From contig CAZPGO010000053.1 in the NCBI GenBank assembly GCA_964586355.1, positions 1 to 5,127 on the forward strand: a DNA stretch of 5,127 bases, read 5' to 3'. The stretch is from an uncultured archaeon (GTDB taxonomy: Archaea; Iainarchaeota; Iainarchaeia; Iainarchaeales; CSSED10-239). This document shows, piece after piece, positions 1 through 3,724 of the stretch. Every line of letters starts with the position of its first letter. Within the stretch, counting starts at the first letter, position 1. Position numbers and translations under genes: made by a program. A model generated the notes under the pieces. That model worked only from the letters and a program-made list of their open reading frames with translations, was not told the origin of the DNA and made no database searches.

Positions 1-61
1 TTTTCTTTTATACTTCTTATATTTTAAAAACTTTAATCATCAGAATTATAAATGTGAATAT

Positions 62-101
62 ATGTGTTTAAAAATAAAAAAGGTCAAATCTCAATAGAAT
101 T
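62..101 (+). repeat. Conserved 5' block, copy A (dispersed repeat with 3358..3397; 37/40 identical, first 22 nt identical)
   Basis: atgtgtttaaaaataaaaaaggTcaaAtCtcaatagaatt versus atgtgtttaaaaataaaaaaggAcaaGtAtcaatagaatt, compared base by base. Confidence 0.9.
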
Positions 102-162
102 TTTATTAGTCTTATCAATATTGGTTGTAGGTGGTGTTTTATTTGGTGTTTATTATCTACAA
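64..162 (+). other. Class III (prepilin-type) signal peptide plus hydrophobic pilin N-terminal helix; predicted prepilin-peptidase cleavage between Gly7 (82..84) and Gln8 (85..87)
   Basis: Short basic leader MFKNKK, Lys at -2, Gly at -1, Gln +1, Ser +3, Glu +5, then about 25 mostly hydrophobic residues. This is the pattern described for PibD/EppA-type archaeal prepilin peptidase substrates. Confidence 0.75.
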
Positions 163-3100
163 TCAATTGGAAAAAATAGGCAAGAAGATGTAAGTACTGA
201 TGTTTTAGATAATCTTATTACAGATTTTGCATCAGATGTTAATATACAAGAATTACCCACAAACCCGACTGGTTTTTTTAGTATTTCTTTAAATTTAGAT
301 CCTAATGGACCCACAGAAGAAAATAATGATTTTAATATAATTGTAAGAGCTTTTAATGATACAGAACATACATCTTCTAGAATTACTTCTGTTTATATAT
401 ATGATAATGGATTTAATTCAACAACAGAGTGTAGTTTGAATAGCTTACCAAATCAAAGTGTTTATAACAATTTAGATTATTATTTTGTTACTGATCTTTA
501 TGATTTAACTTTTAACTGTGATAATTCAGGAACATATAATGTTCTTGTGTTTGCTGATATTGCTGATGATCCTAGTTATAATGATTCCGAATTAATTTCT
601 AAAATAATTGTTCCTCCTATTGTTCCTCCTCCACTTTATCAAACATTTAGTATTGATTTAGAATTAGATCCTGATAGTTCTAGTCAAGTGGGTGCTGATT
701 TTGGAGTAGTTGTTTCTGTTGATGAGAACACAATTTATAATGATCCAGTAATTGATCAGATTTCTATTTTAAAAGAGGGTGTGGCTACCCGTGATTGTAG
801 TTTGATTGGTGTTTTTTTTTTAGGTGGTCAATCAACATATAATGTAAATCTTCCTTTTGATAGTGATACCAATAAGCACACATTGTTTTTTAGATGTAGT
901 CATGAAGAGACAACTTCTCAAACATATTCTATTTCTGTTGATGCAGAAATAGATAGTAATAATGATTTTACTGATAATGCTTTAATACAAAAAAATATTG
1001 ATCCATTAGATACTTCTGGTTGTGTGTCTTTTACAGGAGATATTATTTTTGATCTGCCTTCTGGTGTTTATAATAATTCTCAAAATTTGACTTTATCTTA
1101 TAGAAATGATCCCGATTGTGTGGGTCAAATTTATTATACCATTGATGGCACTACCCCAACAACTTCTTCTGCTGAGTTTGTTGGTTCTCCAATTGTTTTA
1201 AATGGAAATGAAACAAATGAAATAGAAACAAATGTAAAAGTAAAAGTATTTGGAACTGATTCCTCAAATCAAGAGATCTCAACAAATGTTAGTGAGAGTG
1301 TATATAGTTTTAAAGTAGCTAATCCAGTTTTCAGTCCTTCAGGAAACACACACACTAATCCCTTTCCATCTGCTGTTAGTGTGTCTTTGTCTAATAATAC
1401 TACTGGTGCAGAAATGTGGTGGGTTTTAAATCAATTTATAGATCCTTTGATCACACCTGAACCACCAAGCACAGGTCAAATTTATTCAACACCTATACTT
1501 ATTAATTCTACAAAACAATTAAACGTTAAAGCTTATAAAAATAATTATATCCCAAGTAATGTTATAAGAAAAACCTATCATATAGGAGAAGAAGAAGAAG
1601 ATATTTGTCCACCAATGGGTGGTTTAGAGATATGTTCTAGTATTTCTGGAGAAGGTACTGAAAATAATCCTTTTTTAATAAATTCTGCTGAAGAGCTTTA
1701 TTGTGTTAGAGAACACCAGCTTCGTATGAGTTTAGGTATTTGGTACCAATTAAGAGATGCTAATGCGATTAATATTTTTAATTATGAAGATGGTTGGACT
1801 CCTACTTATGATGGTTCTGGAAATTTAATTGCTTGGGCGAATACTTCTGAAGAGGTTCTTTCTGCGGGACGCGGTCAAACCCCATCTGCTTGGTGGGAAA
1901 TTGGTGCTCCACTGTGTCATTATAAATTAACTCATGATATTGATCTGAGCCATGATTTATTATCATCAGAAGATTGGTATTCTGAGGAGCAAGGATTTCC
2001 AAGCATTGGTGGTTTATATACTACTAATGACGCAGGTGGTATTCATGGCTGTAGTGTTTTAGATTTTAGTTTTTATGGTTTTTTTGATGGTGATCATCAC
2101 ACCATATCTAATTTATATATGAATAGATCTGATGTTATGGTGGAAGAGAATATAATCCAGTATGGTTGTTTTGGTCCTTCTGGTTTAGAAACTTATGATT
2201 TCTTTTTACATCAGGGTTTTCCTCTTTTTGGTAGTTTACCTTCAAGGGGGGGTACTTCTACTGTAATTAGACAATTGAATTTAGATAATCCAAAACTTGT
2301 TTTTATTGATCAGGGAGTGACAGATAAAGGGATTATGACTGAGTATATTAGGCCAAACACATATATTTTTAGAATAAATATTAATGATGCAAATATTTTT
2401 GTAGATTGTTCTGATTGTGATATTGATAATTTAGGGGGTGTTGCTGGGGTAAATAATGGAGGAGAAATAAAGGATGTTTCCGTTAGTGGTAATTTTATCA
2501 TTAATGCAGATTCTTCATATGTTGGTGGCATTGTCGGTATTAATAACGCCTTAGACCTAGATGTTGTGGGTAAGATAATAGAGTCTGAATTTAATGGTTA
2601 TATAAATCTTATTCCAAAAGAAGAATCACAACCCTATTATCATGGCGGTATAGCTGGCTATAATTCTGGTGAAATACTAAAATCTAAATTTATAGGTGAT
2701 TTAAATTCATCTGGAGCTTATGTTGGTGGTATTGCTGGTGAAAATAAAAACTTAATTTCTTTAAGTTTTGTAGATGCAAATATTTCTGGAGCTTCAGAGG
2801 TTGGGGGGATTGCTGGTAGTCAATTTTGTAACCAGAATTATAATCCAAAGATTGAAAATTCTTATGCAAAAGTAACCTTTTATTTCTCTGAAAATAATTC
2901 CTTGCCATCTTATTTACATCCAAAATTTGGGGGTCTATCAAGTAAATTTGATCGTGATTATATTCCATCACCTCCTGTCCCTCATCCTAACAGTATAGTT
3001 AATTCTTATGCTGTTGCAAATTTTGAAAACATAGACATTTCTATTGAACATGTTAGATATTGTGGTGGTGTTTCTAATCCTAATTATTCTAGATGGTCGA

Positions 3101-3315
3101 ATATTTCAAATTCTTTTTTTAGTTCTACTGCATGTGAAAATTGTTCTCCTTACTATCTTTATGATGAAACCACAGGAAATTATGGTGTGTTTGCTTTAAC
3201 AGATGAAGACTTGAAAGTTAAAGAATTAAATTTTTGGAATTTTAATACAATTTGGGATAGAAACGATGAGATAAATGAGGGCTATCCTTATTTAAGAAGC
3301 AACGTTCCTAATTAA
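64..3315 (+). CDS. Modular archaeal type IV pilin-like surface adhesin, 1083 aa (class III signal peptide + 2 internal beta-sandwich-like repeats + 2 CHB_HEX_C-like domains + GLUG-repeat domain)
   Basis: Uninterrupted 3252-nt ORF in an AT-rich sequence where off-frame stops are frequent. In-frame TGA at 55..57, so GTG at 64 is the first usable start; TAA stop at 3313..3315. The N-terminus MFKNKKGQISIEFLLVLSILVVGGVLFGVYYLQ matches the QxSxE class III signal peptide (DUF361/PF04021). Downstream motifs are recognisable by eye (IYYTIDGTTPTTSS, GEGTENNPFLINSAEEL, FYGFFDGDHHTISNL, repeated VGGIAG, C-terminal WNFNTIW...GYPYL). Confidence 0.9.
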   Translation: MFKNKKGQISIEFLLVLSILVVGGVLFGVYYLQSIGKNRQEDVSTDVLDNLITDFASDVNIQELPTNPTGFFSISLNLDPNGPTEENNDFNIIVRAFNDTEHTSSRITSVYIYDNGFNSTTECSLNSLPNQSVYNNLDYYFVTDLYDLTFNCDNSGTYNVLVFADIADDPSYNDSELISKIIVPPIVPPPLYQTFSIDLELDPDSSSQVGADFGVVVSVDENTIYNDPVIDQISILKEGVATRDCSLIGVFFLGGQSTYNVNLPFDSDTNKHTLFFRCSHEETTSQTYSISVDAEIDSNNDFTDNALIQKNIDPLDTSGCVSFTGDIIFDLPSGVYNNSQNLTLSYRNDPDCVGQIYYTIDGTTPTTSSAEFVGSPIVLNGNETNEIETNVKVKVFGTDSSNQEISTNVSESVYSFKVANPVFSPSGNTHTNPFPSAVSVSLSNNTTGAEMWWVLNQFIDPLITPEPPSTGQIYSTPILINSTKQLNVKAYKNNYIPSNVIRKTYHIGEEEEDICPPMGGLEICSSISGEGTENNPFLINSAEELYCVREHQLRMSLGIWYQLRDANAINIFNYEDGWTPTYDGSGNLIAWANTSEEVLSAGRGQTPSAWWEIGAPLCHYKLTHDIDLSHDLLSSEDWYSEEQGFPSIGGLYTTNDAGGIHGCSVLDFSFYGFFDGDHHTISNLYMNRSDVMVEENIIQYGCFGPSGLETYDFFLHQGFPLFGSLPSRGGTSTVIRQLNLDNPKLVFIDQGVTDKGIMTEYIRPNTYIFRININDANIFVDCSDCDIDNLGGVAGVNNGGEIKDVSVSGNFIINADSSYVGGIVGINNALDLDVVGKIIESEFNGYINLIPKEESQPYYHGGIAGYNSGEILKSKFIGDLNSSGAYVGGIAGENKNLISLSFVDANISGASEVGGIAGSQFCNQNYNPKIENSYAKVTFYFSENNSLPSYLHPKFGGLSSKFDRDYIPSPPVPHPNSIVNSYAVANFENIDISIEHVRYCGGVSNPNYSRWSNISNSFFSSTACENCSPYYLYDETTGNYGVFALTDEDLKVKELNFWNFNTIWDRNDEINEGYPYLRSNVPN
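274..606 (+). other. Internal repeat module R1 (probable beta-sandwich/Ig-like domain with a Cys pair)
   Basis: FFSISLNLDPNGPTEENNDF...CSLNSL...QSVYNNL...LTFNC...TYNVLVFADI...ELISKII aligns by eye, with only small indels, to R2: TFSIDLELDPDSSSQVGADF...CSLIGV...QSTYNVNL...LFFRC...TYSISVDAEI...ALIQKNI. Both cysteines are conserved. The fold assignment is inference. Confidence 0.6.
607..630 (+). repeat. Perfect 2 x 12-bp tandem duplication ATTGTTCCTCCT encoding the IVPP-IVPP(P) linker between R1 and R2
   Basis: 607..618 and 619..630 are identical and in frame (ATT GTT CCT CCT twice, followed by CCA). Confidence 0.95.
643..999 (+). other. Internal repeat module R2 (diverged copy of R1)
   Basis: See R1. 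Shared FSI-L-LDP, DF, CSL, QS-YN, F-C, TY and LI-K-I positions. Confidence 0.6.
812..821 (+). repeat. T10 homopolymer inside the adhesin CDS (GTT TTT TTT TTA = VFFL)
   Basis: Direct reading of 811..822. It lies in a segment of R2 that is 4 residues longer than the equivalent part of R1. Confidence 0.95.
1027..1317 (+). other. CHB_HEX_C-like (chitobiase/beta-hexosaminidase C-terminal-type, Fn3-associated) domain, copy 1
   Basis: SFTGDIIFDLPSGVYNNSQNLTLSY...GQIYYTIDGTTPTTSSAEFVGSPIVL...VKVKVFG...SVYSFKV matches the remembered PF13290/PF13287 pattern (F-PxGxY...v-Ls...IyYTtDGstPtxsS..Y.gPI.l...vka.a...S.v....Y). Confidence 0.6.
1318..1584 (+). other. CHB_HEX_C-like domain, copy 2
   Basis: ANPVFSPSGNTHTNPFPSAVSVSLSNNTTGAEMWW...GQIYSTPILINSTKQLNVKAYKNNYIPSNVIRKTYHI follows the same consensus. 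It is followed by a (GAA)4 GAT acidic linker EEEED at 1588..1602. Confidence 0.7.
2246..2252 (+). repeat. G7 homopolymer inside the adhesin CDS (AGG GGG GGT = RGG)
   Basis: Direct reading of ttcaagggggggtact. It is the longest G run in an otherwise G-poor window. Confidence 0.95.
2431..2817 (+). repeat. Array of five GLUG motifs at protein level (LGGVAG, VGGIVG, HGGIAG, VGGIAG, VGGIAG) spaced 26-40 residues apart
   Basis: Motifs at 2431..2448, 2521..2538, 2641..2658, 2722..2739 and 2800..2817. Each is followed by N-x-G-x-I and alternating hydrophobic residues, as in PF07581 (GLUG). A degenerate sixth copy FGGLSS lies at 2926..2943. Confidence 0.75.
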
Positions 3316-3357
3316 TATTATTAAAAAATTAATTTAATAAAAAATAAAAAAGATTAA

Positions 3358-3397
3358 ATGTGTTTAAAAATAAAAAAGGACAAGTATCAATAGAATT
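3358..3397 (+). repeat. Conserved 5' block, copy B (pairs with 62..101)
   Basis: See copy A. Confidence 0.9.
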
Positions 3398-3458
3398 GAT
3401 AATGGTTTTAGCCGTGTTAATTATAGTTGCAACTTTATTAGGTATTTACTACATACAA
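3360..3458 (+). other. Class III signal peptide plus hydrophobic pilin helix of the short pilin; predicted cleavage Gly7|Gln8 (3378..3380 | 3381..3383)
   Basis: KKG|QVSIE: Lys -2, Gly -1, Gln +1, Ser +3, Glu +5, followed by a hydrophobic stretch. Confidence 0.75.
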
Positions 3459-3605
3459 ACATTTAATTCAAAAAAAGCAATAGGTTCAGGAGACGAATCT
3501 GGATCAATTAATGATACTGTTAGTGATTATGATGATTATTTTAATAACCCATCAGTTCCTTTAATTTTTTTTAAAAAATATTATTTTAGATCTAATTACC
3601 TTTAA
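3360..3605 (+). CDS. Short archaeal type IV pilin-like protein, 81 aa (class III signal peptide; mature about 74 aa)
   Basis: GTG start at 3360 is the first possible start after the in-frame TAA at 3345..3347; TAA stop at 3603..3605. MFKNKKGQVSIELIMVLAVLIIVATLLGIYYIQ is paralogous to the N-terminus of the 64..3315 product (identical leader MFKNKKGQ; GVYYLQS versus GIYYIQT). Same strand, 44 nt downstream of gene 1. Confidence 0.8.
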   Translation: MFKNKKGQVSIELIMVLAVLIIVATLLGIYYIQTFNSKKAIGSGDESGSINDTVSDYDDYFNNPSVPLIFFKKYYFRSNYL

Positions 3606-3661
3606 CTAATTAAAGTTAATAAAAAACAGGTTTTAAAAACATTCTTGTTCTTATTTTATTT

Positions 3662-3724
3662 ATGAACAAACTACATATTTTATTAATTTTTTTACTACTT
3701 TTCAACTCTACTTTTCTTTATGCC
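3662..3724 (+). other. Sec-type signal peptide of the metalloprotease (MNKLHILLIFLLLFNSTFLYA | NTSE)
   Basis: One basic residue, a 15-residue hydrophobic core, and a small residue at -1 (Ala). No Cys, so no lipobox. No QxSxE, so it is not a class III signal. Confidence 0.65.

Larger units (their letters stand above)
1648..3300 (+). other. GLUG-type surface-protein domain (probable beta-helix) with N-cap GEGTENNPFLINSAEEL and C-cap WNFNTIW...NEGYPYL
   Basis: Ordered landmarks of bacterial GLUG-containing surface proteins: GxGTxxNPFLIxSxEEL (1648..), YKLTHDIDL (1921..), FYGFFDGDHHTISNL (2071..2115), the GGxxG repeat array (2431..2817), and ALTDEDLKVKELNFWNFNTIWDRNDEINEGYPYL at the C-terminus. 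Confidence 0.7.

Noticed and set aside
1-27. Possible 3' end of an upstream + strand gene (frame 1 reads FSFILLIF then TAA at 25..27)
   Set aside because: Only 8 codons are visible, which could equally be a T-rich intergenic or terminator tract. This cannot be supported from the window.
54-57. GTGA 6 nt upstream of the GTG start as a partial Shine-Dalgarno (GGTGA) match
   Set aside because: It is only a 4-nt partial match. No equivalent element precedes the paralogous start at 3360 or the ATG at 3662.
1838-1920. Locally GC-richer patch inside gene 1, considered as an embedded structured RNA or foreign insert
   Set aside because: I could find no convincing stem-loop by eye. The reading frame is intact and encodes a coherent Trp/Ala/Gly-rich segment, so it is kept only as a note within the GLUG-domain finding.
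1802-2002. 66-aa ORF on the minus strand
   Set aside because: It lies entirely antisense within the 64..3315 CDS, which carries recognisable motifs in this very region. It has no recognisable motif or start context, so it is a shadow ORF.
2310-2531. 73-aa ORF on the minus strand
   Set aside because: It is antisense to the GLUG-repeat region. Its Pro/Thr/Ser-rich translation is just the complement of the Gly/Val/Ile codons, so it is a shadow ORF.
2690-2971. 93-aa ORF on the minus strand
   Set aside because: It is antisense to the GLUG repeats. The translation is low-complexity and Gln/Leu/Lys-rich with no signal or motif, so it is a shadow ORF.
3270-3315. Search for a C-terminal sorting or anchor signal on the adhesin (PGF-CTERM, LPxTG, C-terminal TM helix)
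   Set aside because: None is present. The C-terminus (...DEINEGYPYLRSNVPN) is hydrophilic and matches the usual end of the GLUG-type domain.
3339-3378. A-rich 13-mer AAAAATAAAAAAG present twice (3340..3352 and 3366..3378), 26 nt apart, flanking the gene 2 start
   Set aside because: It is low-complexity poly-A/T sequence in an AT-rich spacer. Chance recurrence is plausible and no function can be argued.
3565-3578. T8A6 tract considered as an intrinsic (oligo-T) archaeal terminator
   Set aside because: It lies inside the 3360..3605 reading frame, 30 nt before its stop. Termination there would give a non-stop mRNA, so it is treated only as a possible slippage site.
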